Of a DNA stretch of 64,000 nucleotides, positions 20,196-30,033 are shown in pieces (the first letter of the stretch is position 1; each line of letters begins with the position of its first letter). Location of the stretch: contig CBDDBZ010000034.1 in the NCBI GenBank assembly GCA_965225945.1, forward strand, positions 128,001 through 192,000. Reading direction: 5' to 3'. Under the pieces are notes generated by a model. That model made no database searches and was not told where the DNA came from. It saw nothing but the letters and a program-made list of their open reading frames with translations. Source of the stretch: Alphaproteobacteria bacterium (GTDB lineage Bacteria; Pseudomonadota; Alphaproteobacteria; GCA-2731375). A program made the position numbers and the translations under genes.

Positions 20196-21220
20196 GGCTC
20201 AATTCGTGAATTGTATGCATTAGTGATAGAGTGCCCGGAACGTCAGGAGGTTGGGTTATGGACGGCAAGGGTTTCCAGGTGTGGCTTTCGGCGGCGCGCG
20301 GGCTGACGCGCGCGCAGCGGCGCGAGGCGCTCGCGGTGCTGTCGGGCCGGAGCGAGGGCGAGGCATCGAAGGCCGCGATCGAGCTTGGTGTGGACGAGGC
20401 CCGGCGCTGTCCGCACTGCGCGAGCGAAGGGGCGGTTTCGCGCGGTATGGCGCGGGGTCTGCGGCGCTACCAGTGCAAGGGCTGCGGCAGGACCTTCAAC
20501 GCGCTGAGCGGTACGCCGCTGTCGGGCTTGCACCACAAGGAACGCTGGCTGTCGTTCGGGGCGTCGCTGGCGAAGGGGGAGACGGTGAAGGCCTCGGCGG
20601 CGCGCTGCGACGTGGCGGTGAGCACGGCGTTCCGCTGGCGTCACCGGTTTCTGGCGGCGGCGCGGAGCGATTCGGAGGTGCTCAAGGGGATCGTGGAAGC
20701 GGACGAGACCTACGTCCTGGAGAGCCGGAAGGGCGCGCGCGGGCTGGGGCGCAAGGCACGGCGGCGGGGCGGCAAGGCGAAGAAGCGCGGCCTCTCGCGC
20801 GAGCAGGTACCGGTTCTCATGGCGGCGGACCGGAGCGGAACGACGGTCAGCGCGGTGCTGCCCAGGGTCGATGCGGCGGCGCTCACGGCTGCCCTCGACC
20901 CGGTGGTCGCGAAGGACGCCCTGCTGGTCTCCGACGGCGGCGCGAGCTACCCACCGTGCGCCGCCGCGCTCGGGGTGAGCCACGAAGCACTCAACCGCTC
21001 GATGGGGGAACGGGTTCGGGGCGATCTGCATGTGCAGACGGTGAACAGCCGCCACAGCCGGTTGAAGGACTTCCTGCGTCCCCGCCGCGGCATCGCCACC
21101 CGCTATCTGGACAACTACCTGAGCTGGTTCCACCTCGTCGGCCTCGCCCCCGGCGCCAATGACCGAGCCTGCCTCGCCGCCGCCGTAACAAGGTGACGCA
21201 TACAATTCACGAATTGAGCC
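20196..21220 (+). mobile_element. IS1595-family element C (ISPna2-like, GGC ends)
   Basis: Perfect 23-bp TIR GGCTCAATTCGTGAATTGTATGC; 8-bp TSD AAGTACAA at 20188-20195 and 21221-21228. Confidence 0.95.
20258..21196 (+). CDS. IS1595-family transposase
   Basis: CPHC/CKGC, VEADETY, VSDG, HVQTVNSRHSRLK, GIATRYLDNYL; RBS AGGAGG. Confidence 0.95.
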   Translation: MDGKGFQVWLSAARGLTRAQRREALAVLSGRSEGEASKAAIELGVDEARRCPHCASEGAVSRGMARGLRRYQCKGCGRTFNALSGTPLSGLHHKERWLSFGASLAKGETVKASAARCDVAVSTAFRWRHRFLAAARSDSEVLKGIVEADETYVLESRKGARGLGRKARRRGGKAKKRGLSREQVPVLMAADRSGTTVSAVLPRVDAAALTAALDPVVAKDALLVSDGGASYPPCAAALGVSHEALNRSMGERVRGDLHVQTVNSRHSRLKDFLRPRRGIATRYLDNYLSWFHLVGLAPGANDRACLAAAVTR

Positions 21221-21283
21221 AAGTACAATGACCCCTTTTTTCTTTTTTTGCTTTCTCGATATGAGCTAAGTCATTGAAAAAAT

Positions 21284-21359
<76 letters not shown>

Positions 21360-21581
21360 GTCGGCCACGCTCCAGACACGAGGCGGCCCGAAACGGCGAC
21401 AGCGGCCGCGAACCGAACACCCGCCCGAAGACGCGCCCGCCGCAGCCAGGCGCCCAGATAGCCGAGATCGCGAATGAGATCAAGCGCACATCCCCGCCGC
21501 CCCCGCCGGGCGCGCGAACCCCGCCGGGCTGGCGCCCCGCGCGCCGACGCGCCATCATGGCGGCGGAGATAAGGAGAGCCC

Positions 21582-22559
21582 ATGACCCCGACACCGGAAA
21601 TGCAACGCGACATGCTGCGCCGGATGCAGACCATCCGCCGCTTCGAGGAACGCGCCTCCGAGGATTACCTCGCCGGTAACATCTACGGCGTGGTGCATTG
21701 CTACATCGGCGAGGAGGCGGTCGCCGTCGGCGTCTGCGCCGCGCTGGAGCAACGCGACCAGATCATCTCCACCCACCGGGGCCACGGCCACTGCATCGCC
21801 AAGGGCGCCGACCTGAACCGCATGATGGCCGAGCTCTGGGGCCGCGAGGCCGGCTACTGCAAGGGCAAGGGCGGCTCCATGCACATCGCCGATTTCGCCA
21901 TCGGCATGCTGGGCGCCAACGGCATCGTCGCCGGCGGCATCCCGATCGTCACCGGCGCCGGGCTCGCGGCCCAGCTCGAGGGCGAGGGCCGGGTCGCCGT
22001 CAGCTTCTTCGGCGACGGCGCCGCCAACGCCGGGCCGTTCCACGAATCGATCAACATCGCGGCGGCCTGGAAGCTGCCGATGCTCTACGTCTGCGAAAAC
22101 AATCTCTGGGCCGCAGCCACAGCGGCGGCCGATACGCTGGCGCACCAGGACGTGGCGGCGCGTGCCGCCGGCTACGCCATCCCCGGCGTGGTGGTCGACG
22201 GCAACGACGCCCTGGCGGTCCACGCGGCCGCGGCCGAAGCCGTGGCCCGCGCGCGGGCCGGCGAGGGGCCGAGCTTGATCGAATGCAAGACCTATCGCTG
22301 GCGCCTCCATACCGAGCGGCCGGGCCAGGTCGACTACCGCCCGGAGGCGGAAATCGCCGTGTGGCGGGAACGCGATCCGATCAAACGCCTGGCCGAGCAC
22401 CTGCAACAACAGCAGGGCCAGCTCACCGAGGAGGAATGGCAGGCAATGGACAGAGAGATCCTGGCCGCCGTCCAGGCCGCGGTCGAGTTCGCCGAGGCGA
22501 GCCCTTTCCCGGCGCCGGAGGCGGCGCTGGAAGACGTTTTCGCGGCCACGGGGAACTGA
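21582..22559 (+). CDS. TPP-dependent dehydrogenase E1 alpha subunit (PdhA/AcoA-like)
   Basis: STHRGHGH, GKGGSMH, FFGDGA, CENN, KTYRW. Confidence 0.93.
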   Translation: MTPTPEMQRDMLRRMQTIRRFEERASEDYLAGNIYGVVHCYIGEEAVAVGVCAALEQRDQIISTHRGHGHCIAKGADLNRMMAELWGREAGYCKGKGGSMHIADFAIGMLGANGIVAGGIPIVTGAGLAAQLEGEGRVAVSFFGDGAANAGPFHESINIAAAWKLPMLYVCENNLWAAATAAADTLAHQDVAARAAGYAIPGVVVDGNDALAVHAAAAEAVARARAGEGPSLIECKTYRWRLHTERPGQVDYRPEAEIAVWRERDPIKRLAEHLQQQQGQLTEEEWQAMDREILAAVQAAVEFAEASPFPAPEAALEDVFAATGN

Positions 22560-22562
22560 GCC

Positions 22563-23522
22563 ATGGCGCGGATCACCTATGCCCAGGCCGGGCTCGACGC
22601 GCTGGCCGAGGAAATGCGCCGCGACCCGAAGATCTTCCACCTCTCGACCGACGCCAATCGCGATTTGGTGGCGGAATTCGGCGCTTCACGCGTGCGCGGC
22701 ACGCCGATCGCCGAGGCCGCCTTGACCGGCATCGGCCTCGGCGCCGCCGGCTCCGGCTTCCGCCCGATCGTCGATTGGCGGATGGTCACCTTCTGCTTCG
22801 TCGCCATGGACCAGATCGTCAATCAGGCCTCGAAGATCCATTACATGTTCGGCGGCCAGACGACCTTTCCGGTGACCTTCCGCGCCTCCGTCGGCGGCGG
22901 CACCCGCCTCGCGGCGCAGCATTCCCAGAGCCCCTATTCCATGTTCATGAACCTGGCCGGGCTGAAGCTGGTGCTGCCGTCCACGCCTTACGACTTGAAA
23001 GGCCTCTTGAAATCGCTGATCCGCGACGACAATCCCGTGATCAGCTTCGAATCGACCCGGCTGATGGGCCTGGAAGGCGAGGTCCCGGAGGAAGACTACA
23101 CGATTCCCATCGGCCTCGCCGAGGTGAAGCGGGAAGGCTCCGACGTCACCGTCATCGCGCTCGCCTGGCTGGTGCACGAGGCGCTTGCCGCGGCCGAAAC
23201 GCTCGAGCGCGAAGGCGTCTCCGTCGAGGTGGTCGACCCCCGCACGCTGGTGCCGATGGACGCCCCGAGCTTGCGCGCCTCGGCCCGCAAGACCGGTCGC
23301 GTGGTGATCGCCGACGAGGCCGGCCCGACCGCCGGCGCCTCGGCCGAGATCGCGGCGCTGTTGAGCGAGGATGCGGCGACCTTCGCCGCGCTGAAGGCGC
23401 CGCTCAGGCGGGTCTGCGCGTTGCAGGTGCCGATCCCCTACAGCCCCGGACTGGAGGACCACGTCTTCCCCGACCGGCATGGAATCGCCGACGCCGTCCG
23501 CGAGCTGATGGAGCTCGGCTGA
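22563..23522 (+). CDS. TPP-dependent dehydrogenase E1 beta subunit
   Basis: [31 protein letters not shown]. Confidence 0.93.
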   Translation: MARITYAQAGLDALAEEMRRDPKIFHLSTDANRDLVAEFGASRVRGTPIAEAALTGIGLGAAGSGFRPIVDWRMVTFCFVAMDQIVNQASKIHYMFGGQTTFPVTFRASVGGGTRLAAQHSQSPYSMFMNLAGLKLVLPSTPYDLKGLLKSLIRDDNPVISFESTRLMGLEGEVPEEDYTIPIGLAEVKREGSDVTVIALAWLVHEALAAAETLEREGVSVEVVDPRTLVPMDAPSLRASARKTGRVVIADEAGPTAGASAEIAALLSEDAATFAALKAPLRRVCALQVPIPYSPGLEDHVFPDRHGIADAVRELMELG

Positions 23523-23563
23523 TGAAGGGGGGGCTGATGAATGCGGGGCTGACGGAAGGGGGG
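23518..23563. repeat. Imperfect ~15-bp tandem repeat (about 3 units)
   Basis: GCTGATGAAGGGGGG / GCTGATGAATGCGGG / GCTGACGGAAGGGGG. Confidence 0.6.
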
Positions 23564-23571
23564 CGGTTGGC

Positions 23572-24021
23572 ATGAGCGACGACGCGGCCAAGCCCTTCTG
23601 GCGCCGGAAGTCGCTCGAGGAGATGACGGCGACGGAGTGGGAATCGCTTTGCGACGGTTGCGGCAAGTGCTGCCTCAACAAGATCGAGGACGTGGATACG
23701 GGCGAGATCCTGCCGACCCGGGTCGCCTGCCGGCTGTTGGACCTCGGGAGCTGCCGCTGCACCGATTATGGCCGCCGCACCCGGCTGGTGCCCGACTGCG
23801 TCGTGCTGACGCCCGCCAACGTCGCCACGATCCCCTGGATGCCCGCGAGCTGTGCCTACCGGCGCCTCGCCGAGGGCCGGGATCTCGCCTGGTGGCATCC
23901 CCTGGTCTCGGGCGATCCCGAGACCGTGCACCAGGCCGGCATCTCGGTCCGCGGCCGGGTGATCTCCGAGCGCCGCCTGCGCCGGCCGCTGGAGGATTAC
24001 GTGGTCGACGGGGAATTCTGA
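23572..24021 (+). CDS. YcgN-family (UPF0260) cysteine-cluster protein
   Basis: [31 protein letters not shown]. Confidence 0.93.
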   Translation: MSDDAAKPFWRRKSLEEMTATEWESLCDGCGKCCLNKIEDVDTGEILPTRVACRLLDLGSCRCTDYGRRTRLVPDCVVLTPANVATIPWMPASCAYRRLAEGRDLAWWHPLVSGDPETVHQAGISVRGRVISERRLRRPLEDYVVDGEF

Positions 24022-24100
24022 GAGCGGGCCGGAGTGTCACGCCGCCCCCGAGCGAGGCGATCGCCGCCGTCACCTACGCCGGCCCGACCCGGCGCCGCCC

Positions 24101-24862
24101 TCAGATTCGCTTGCCCGCCGTCCAGCCGCCGTCGACCAGCAGCGTGGTGCCGGTGATGAAGCTGGCGTCGTCGGAGGCGAGGAAGAGGATCGCCTTGGCG
24201 ATCTCCGCCGGCTCGCCCCAGCGGCCCATGGCGTGGAGGTTGCGAATTCGCTCCACCGTCTCGGCGTCCTGGAAATAGCGCTCGGTCAAGGGCGTGCGGG
24301 TGACGCCGGGGCCGACCGCGTTGACCCGGATGTTGTGCTCGGCGAGCTCCATTCCCATCGCCTTGGTGATGCCAACCACCGCGTGCTTGGAGGCGGTGTA
24401 GGCCACCCGACTGGGCGCGGCCTGGACGCCCAAGGTCGAGGCCAGGTTGACGATGGCGCCGGCGCCGCCGGCCTCGACCACGGCTTTCGCGAAGGCCTGC
24501 GAGCAGAGAAAGACGCCCGAGGCGTTCACCTGCAGGACCCGATTCCATTCCTCGAAGGAAAGCTCCAGCACCGGGGCGATCTCGCGGATGCCGGCGCTGT
24601 TGACCAGGACGTCGAGACGGCCGATCGCTTGGCCGGCGGCGTCGACGAAATGGCCTGCGGCTTCCGCACTGGTGACGTCGAGGGCGAAGGCATGGCCCCG
24701 GCCGCCCTCGCCGGCGATATCCGCGATCGTGCGATCCGCCATCTCGACGTCGATGTCGCCGACGGCGAGAATTGCGCCCTCGCGCGCCGCGTGCAGCGCC
24801 ACCTCGCGGCCGATGCCGCTGCCGCCGCCGGTCACCAAGACCGCCCGATCCTCGAATCGCAT
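24101..24862 (-). CDS. Short-chain dehydrogenase/reductase
   Basis: TGGGSGIG, NSAG, YTASK. Confidence 0.93.
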   Translation of the reverse strand: MRFEDRAVLVTGGGSGIGREVALHAAREGAILAVGDIDVEMADRTIADIAGEGGRGHAFALDVTSAEAAGHFVDAAGQAIGRLDVLVNSAGIREIAPVLELSFEEWNRVLQVNASGVFLCSQAFAKAVVEAGGAGAIVNLASTLGVQAAPSRVAYTASKHAVVGITKAMGMELAEHNIRVNAVGPGVTRTPLTERYFQDAETVERIRNLHAMGRWGEPAEIAKAILFLASDDASFITGTTLLVDGGWTAGKRI

Positions 24863-24925
24863 GCCTCAATCCTCCCTCGCGTCCCAAGGCGAAGCTTGCG
24901 ACGGCGACAGCCCGCTGACAAGCCA

Positions 24926-24962
24926 GTCCCTGATAGGCTGGTCCCTGATAGGCTGGTCCCTG
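24926..24962. repeat. 15-bp tandem repeat GTCCCTGATAGGCTG (2.5 units)
   Basis: Exact copies at 24926-24940 and 24941-24955, partial copy to 24962. Confidence 0.8.
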
Positions 24963-25019
24963 TCAAAAAGTCCTTCGTTTCGAAGCGGCCGTGGCCCCGA
25001 TGCGCGACCACCTCGCACT

Positions 25020-26234
25020 CTAGATAATACCGTCCTCGGCGAGGCGCTCGCGGGCCTCGGCGTCGAGGCCGAGGGCGCCGAGGATTTCCGCGTTGTGCTG
25101 GCCGACCTCGGGGGCGGCGTAGCGGATCGCCCCGGGCGTGGCCGAGAGCCTGGCCGAGATCCCGTGCATGGCCAGGCTGTCCATCTCCTCGTCGGGAAAC
25201 TCCAGCAGAATGCCGCGCTCGATCATGAAGGGGTGGTCGAAGAGGTCCGAAATGTCGGCGACAGGCCCGACCGTGACTCCCAAAGCGGAAAAATGCGCGA
25301 GGTTTTCCTCCAGCGTTCTGGCACCGATGAACTCCGCGACCATGGCGTCCAGGATATCGCTGTTCAGAACCCGATTCTCGTTGGCGAGAAAACGCGGGTC
25401 GTCAATCGTCTCGGCCCGCCCGATGGCGCGCATCAGCCGCTCGAACATGCCCTGCGTCGAGGCGGAGAGCGCGGCGAAGCCGCCGTCCAAGGTTGGGTAA
25501 ACGTTGCGGGGCGCCGTGGTGTTGGAGCGGCTGCCGGTGCGGGGCGGCACCTCGCCGGTCAGCTGGTAGTTGGCCGCCAGCGGCCCGAGGATCGAGAACA
25601 ACGGATCGAACAGCGGCAGGTCGATCACCTGGCCGCGCCCACCGCGCACCTCGACCTCGCGGAGCGCCACCATGAAGGCGGCGGCGCCATGGAGCCCGGC
25701 GACCTGATCGGCCAGCGCCAGCGGCGGCAGCACCGGCTCGCGGTCGGCGAAGCCGGTCATCGCCGCGAAACCACTCATCGCCTCGACCAGGCTGCCGAAG
25801 CCGGGGTTTTCGGCCAAGGGACCGTCCTGGCCCCAGCCGGTGACCCGGACCACGACGAGTTTCGGATTGACCTCGAGGAGCCGTTCCGGCGCCAGGCCCA
25901 TCGCCTCCAGCCGGCCCGGGCGAAAGTTCTCGACGAGGGCGTCGGCGTTCGCCACCAGATCGAGCAGGATCTCCCGCGCCCGGTCCTCGCGCAGATTGAG
26001 GCTGACGCTCTTCTTGTTGCGGGCGTAGGCCTTCCAGTAGGTCGAGACGCCGGCGACCCGCCAGTTGCGCAAATCGTCGCCGCTGCCCGGCCGCTCGATC
26101 TTGATCACCTCGGCGCCGAAGTCGGCGAGGAAGGCGGTCAGCGCGTTGCCGGCGACGACACGGCTGAGATCGAGGATCCTGAGCCCGTCCAGCGGGCAGG
26201 CCGCGTCGGCTCGGTAGTCGGTCTTCCTGGGCAC
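25020..26234 (-). CDS. CaiB/BaiF family III CoA-transferase
   Basis: LADFGAEVIKIE, RNKKS, ENFRPG, ALADQVAG. Confidence 0.93.
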   Translation of the reverse strand: MPRKTDYRADAACPLDGLRILDLSRVVAGNALTAFLADFGAEVIKIERPGSGDDLRNWRVAGVSTYWKAYARNKKSVSLNLREDRAREILLDLVANADALVENFRPGRLEAMGLAPERLLEVNPKLVVVRVTGWGQDGPLAENPGFGSLVEAMSGFAAMTGFADREPVLPPLALADQVAGLHGAAAFMVALREVEVRGGRGQVIDLPLFDPLFSILGPLAANYQLTGEVPPRTGSRSNTTAPRNVYPTLDGGFAALSASTQGMFERLMRAIGRAETIDDPRFLANENRVLNSDILDAMVAEFIGARTLEENLAHFSALGVTVGPVADISDLFDHPFMIERGILLEFPDEEMDSLAMHGISARLSATPGAIRYAAPEVGQHNAEILGALGLDAEARERLAEDGII

Positions 26235-26258
26235 GCCGCCGCTCCGCCATCCACTCGC

Positions 26259-27041
26259 TCAGTTGCGGACCGCGCGGGCGGAGTTGCCGCCGTCGATGGT
26301 AATGACGGTGCCGGAAATGTAGGAGGCCCGCTCGGAGGCGAGGAAGACCACCAGATCGGCCACCTCTTCCGCGGTGCCGGGGCGGCCGAAGGGCAGACCC
26401 CTCATGTCCTCGCGCCAGGTCTCCGGATCGCGGCCGCCGTCGCTAGCGCGCTGCTTGGCGAGGGTCACCAGCCGCTCGGTCTCCGTGGCGCCGGGATTGA
26501 CGGCGACCACGCGAATTCGATTGTCGGCGCTCTGGCTGCCCAGCGCGCGGGTGAAGGCCATCAGGCCGGCGTTGCCGGCGCTGCCGGCGATGTAGTTGAA
26601 GTCCTGCCGCTCGCCCGCCGCGCCGATGACGTTGACGATGGCGCCGCCGCCGCCAGCCTTCATCTGGGCGTAGACGGCGCGGGTCAGGTTGACGTAGCCG
26701 AAGACCTTGAGGTCCCAAGCGGCGCGCCAGGTCGCCTCGTCGATTTTTTCGATCGAGCCGCCGGGAATGGCGCCGGCGTTGTTCACCAGGATGTCGACCG
26801 GCCCGACCGTCGCCGCCAGCGCGTCGGCCTCGCCCGGCTGGGACAGGTCCATCGGGTGGATGGTGATGGCGACCTGATGCTCGGCCATGATGCGGTGGCG
26901 CGCCGCCTCCAGGTCCGCCTCCGTGCGGGCGACAATGTGGACGGCGCAGCCTTCCGCCGCCAAACCCTCGGCCACCGCGAGACCGATCCCCTTGGAGCCG
27001 CCGGTAACGATCGCCGTCTTGCCTTGGAGCCCGAGTTCCAT
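26259..27041 (-). CDS. Short-chain dehydrogenase/reductase (atypical, no YxxxK lysine)
   Basis: TGGSKGIG, NNAG, YIAGSAGNAG; ATG at 27041 with RBS. Confidence 0.88.
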   Translation of the reverse strand: MELGLQGKTAIVTGGSKGIGLAVAEGLAAEGCAVHIVARTEADLEAARHRIMAEHQVAITIHPMDLSQPGEADALAATVGPVDILVNNAGAIPGGSIEKIDEATWRAAWDLKVFGYVNLTRAVYAQMKAGGGGAIVNVIGAAGERQDFNYIAGSAGNAGLMAFTRALGSQSADNRIRVVAVNPGATETERLVTLAKQRASDGGRDPETWREDMRGLPFGRPGTAEEVADLVVFLASERASYISGTVITIDGGNSARAVRN

Positions 27042-27161
27042 CCCCTTCTCCCTCCCCCTCGTCCGACCCCGAACCTCACAGCCCGGCCCGGGCATTGCAA
27101 GCGCGGAGTTGGCACCCTCGAGATTGCCTCTCGCCTTCGGCACCGGTTTTGTGGGATTTTG

Positions 27162-28384
27162 CATGGTACACGACGGCATTTACGTAGGACGTTGAAAAGG
27201 TTGTAGGATTCCCGATTCACTCCACGACGAGTCAAGAGGGAAATCATGCGAGACAACCCGATCAACGCCCTGCGTGAGACGCTACGATGCGGCTTCGCCT
27301 TTCGCAAGAGCCGTCTGGAGAGCCTTTGCGTCTTGGTCTTCGGCGTGTTCGTCGCCCGGACGGTGAACCTCTCTCACTTGGCCTGCCACTTTCCGGGGCG
27401 CGCGCGATCCAGCTCCAACTATCGGCGCCTGCAACGGTTTTTCGAGCAAGTCGATTTCGATTACGATCGCCTCGCCGAGTTCCTGGTCGCGATGATGGGG
27501 CTCCAGGCGGGGCCGTGGCGGCTGACCATGGACCGGACCAACTGGCGGCTGGGTCGCCGCGACGTCAACATCTTGATGATCGGCATCGTCAACCGCGCCA
27601 TCGCCATTCCCGTGTGCTGGCGGGTGCTCGACAAGGCGGGCAATTCCAATACCAAGGAGCGGATCGCGATCCTCGAACACGTCCTCCGGCTCTTCGGGGT
27701 CGACAAGATCGCCAGCCTCCTGGCCGACCGGGAATTCATCGGCGACGCCTGGCTGGCATGGTTGCAGGAAAAGGCCATCCCCTTTCACATCCGCATCCGA
27801 TCCAACATCAAGATCGCCAACACGCGTGGTCGCATGGTCAAGGCGAGGGAGCTGTTTCGCGACCTCAAACCCGGGGAAAGCCGCATCCTCTCCAACGCCA
27901 GGCGCCTCTCGGAGGCCAGAAAACCCAAGGCCAGGCCCGTCTTCGTCGCCGCGCTCCATCTCAAGACCGGCGAACTGTTGATCGTCGTGACCAACGACGC
28001 GCCCGAGGAGGCCTTGGCCATCTACGCCCAGCGCTGGCAAATCAAGACCCTCTTCGCCGCCTTGAAAACCCGTGGCTTCAACCTCGAAGACACCCACATG
28101 ACCGACCCGGAGCGCATCTCCAAGCTCACCGCCGTCCTTTCCATCACCTTCTGCTGGGCGCACAAAGTCGGCGATTGGCTCCACGAGGCCGAGCCGATCC
28201 GCCTCAAAACCCACAAAAGGATGGCAAAATCCATCTTCCGATACGGTTTCGAGTGGATAAGGCGACAGCTCGTCAATCCTATCGACAGGCGTCAAGCCAT
28301 TGAGCTGATTCGTTTCCTCGTCCCCGGAAAACCACCAGTCCAGGTGCCCAGGCCAAAGCCAGCATGAACGAGTCGTGTACTGTG
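27162..28384 (+). mobile_element. IS4-family element copy 1
   Basis: TIR CATGGTACACGAC/CACAGTACACGAC; 9-bp TSD GGGATTTTG; 1223 bp. Confidence 0.95.
27246..28367 (+). CDS. IS4-family transposase (catalytic Glu replaced by Lys)
   Basis: MDRTNW, LADREF, YAQRWQIKTLFAALK. Confidence 0.92.
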   Translation: MRDNPINALRETLRCGFAFRKSRLESLCVLVFGVFVARTVNLSHLACHFPGRARSSSNYRRLQRFFEQVDFDYDRLAEFLVAMMGLQAGPWRLTMDRTNWRLGRRDVNILMIGIVNRAIAIPVCWRVLDKAGNSNTKERIAILEHVLRLFGVDKIASLLADREFIGDAWLAWLQEKAIPFHIRIRSNIKIANTRGRMVKARELFRDLKPGESRILSNARRLSEARKPKARPVFVAALHLKTGELLIVVTNDAPEEALAIYAQRWQIKTLFAALKTRGFNLEDTHMTDPERISKLTAVLSITFCWAHKVGDWLHEAEPIRLKTHKRMAKSIFRYGFEWIRRQLVNPIDRRQAIELIRFLVPGKPPVQVPRPKPA

Positions 28385-28428
28385 GGGATTTTGGTACATC
28401 GTCGAACATCGGAGGGGAGAGAGTCGAG

Positions 28429-28887
28429 ATGCTGAAGGTCGCCAATCCGCAAGCCATGAAAGACCACATCGGCGAGGAGCTGGGTATCAGTTCCTGGATC
28501 ACCGTCGATCAGGACACCATCGATCGTTTCGCCGACGCCACCGGCGATCACCAGTGGATCCACGTTGACGTGGCCCGCGCGAAGGCCGAGATGCCGGGCG
28601 GCAAGACCATCGCGCACGGCTATCTGACGCTCTCGCTGGTGCCGCGCATGATGCACGAGATCTACGAGATCGAGCAAAAGAGCCACGGCCTCAACTACGG
28701 CTCCAACAAGATTCGGTTCACCAGCCCGGTGCCGGCCGGCAGCCGGGTGCGCGGCCGCGCGAGGCTGAAGGCGTGCGAGGACGTCAAGGGCAACGGGGTG
28801 CGCATCATCAACGAATTCACCGTCGAGATCGAAGGCCAGGAGCGCCCGGCACTGTTCGCCGAGGTGATCAGCCTGATGTACGCCTGA
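28429..28887 (+). CDS. MaoC-family dehydratase
   Basis: FADATGDHQWIHVD, TIAHGYLTLS, NYGSNKIRF. Confidence 0.92.
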   Translation: MLKVANPQAMKDHIGEELGISSWITVDQDTIDRFADATGDHQWIHVDVARAKAEMPGGKTIAHGYLTLSLVPRMMHEIYEIEQKSHGLNYGSNKIRFTSPVPAGSRVRGRARLKACEDVKGNGVRIINEFTVEIEGQERPALFAEVISLMYA

Positions 28888-28908
28888 AGGGGGGGGGGGA
28901 ACGAGCGC

Positions 28909-30015
28909 ATGAGCGATGTCTTGGAGGCGCCGGCGCCGCTGGCGCGGGGCCGAGCCGCCGCGCTCGGCATGGACGCGGGCCGGCTGGCCGAGGCGACCCG
29001 CTTCGCCGAGGCGAACGAGACGCCCTGGCCGCGCGAGCTGGACAAGCGTCTGCGCGACGGCGAGTTCGAGCCGCCGCCCTATAACGCGCCCTTGGGGCCC
29101 CTCTTCGATCGGGGCGGGCCGGCGGGCTTGGTGCTGAGGCGCGGCCAGGTGGCCAGCGAATGGGGCGAGACGCGCCGCGCCGACCTCACATTTTCCGTCG
29201 CCAAGAGCTATCTCGCCGTTCTCGCCGGGATCGCCCATGACGATGGGTTGATCGACGAATTGGACGCAGCCGTCGGCGAGAGCGTGGCCGACGGCGGGTT
29301 CGAGTCCGACCAGAACCGCGATATCACGTGGCGCCACCTGCTGCATCAAACAGCCGAGTGGGAAGGCACGCTGTTCGATCGGCCCGACTGGATCGACCGC
29401 AACCGCGGCGTCGGGCCCGGCTCCGACAACAGCCGCAAGGGCCAGCCCCGGACGCTCGGCCGGCCGGGGAGCTTTTGGGAATACAACGACGTCCGGGTCA
29501 ACCGGTTGAGCCTGGCGCTGCTGCGGATTTTCCGCCGGCCGCTGCCGGAGGTGTTGAAAGAGCGGATCATGGATCCGATCGGCGCCGGCGAGGACTGGCG
29601 CTGGCATGCTTACGACAATGCCGAGGTCGAGGTGGACGGCCGGCGCCTATGGTCGGTGCCCGGCGGCACGCACTGGGGTGGCGGGCTGCGGATCGGGGCC
29701 GAGGATCAAGCCAGGCTGGGCCTCCTGATCGCCGCCGGTGGCGTCTGGCGCGGGCGGCGGCTGCTCTCTGAGGCCTGGATCGCGGAGATGCTCGCACCCT
29801 GTCCGGTCAAGCCGATTTACGGTTTTCTCTGGTGGCTGAATACAGGCCGCGGCTATCGCCCGGCGGCGCCGGAGACCAGCGTCTTCGCTTCGGGCGCTGG
29901 CGGTAACGTGATCTGGGTCGATTCCGCGCTCGAACTGGTCGCCGTCGCCCGCTGGCTCGACCCCGAAGCGGCCAACGGCTGGACAGAGCGGGTGATCGCG
30001 GCGATCGATGGGTAA
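28909..30015 (+). CDS. Serine hydrolase, beta-lactamase/AmpC-like
   Basis: FSVAKS (SxxK), WEYND, HWGGG, YGFLWW. Confidence 0.9.
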   Translation: MSDVLEAPAPLARGRAAALGMDAGRLAEATRFAEANETPWPRELDKRLRDGEFEPPPYNAPLGPLFDRGGPAGLVLRRGQVASEWGETRRADLTFSVAKSYLAVLAGIAHDDGLIDELDAAVGESVADGGFESDQNRDITWRHLLHQTAEWEGTLFDRPDWIDRNRGVGPGSDNSRKGQPRTLGRPGSFWEYNDVRVNRLSLALLRIFRRPLPEVLKERIMDPIGAGEDWRWHAYDNAEVEVDGRRLWSVPGGTHWGGGLRIGAEDQARLGLLIAAGGVWRGRRLLSEAWIAEMLAPCPVKPIYGFLWWLNTGRGYRPAAPETSVFASGAGGNVIWVDSALELVAVARWLDPEAANGWTERVIAAIDG

Positions 30016-30033
30016 GGCGCGAGGAAACGCGAC

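Larger units (their letters stand above)
20147..21241. repeat. Palindromic REP-like hairpin copy 2, split by IS1595 element C
   Basis: 20147-20195 identical to 16891-16939; continues TGACCCCTTTTTT from 21229. Confidence 0.9.

Noticed and set aside
16940-21220. Composite transposon formed by IS1595 elements B and C
   Set aside because: The shared AAGTACAA flanks come from each element having its own TSD in separate hairpin copies; TIRs and transposases differ.
24447-27206. 919-aa plus-strand ORF and similar long antisense ORFs (12636-14921, 35377-37407, 62380-63759)
   Set aside because: Shadow frames of real genes in high-GC DNA with no recognisable motifs.
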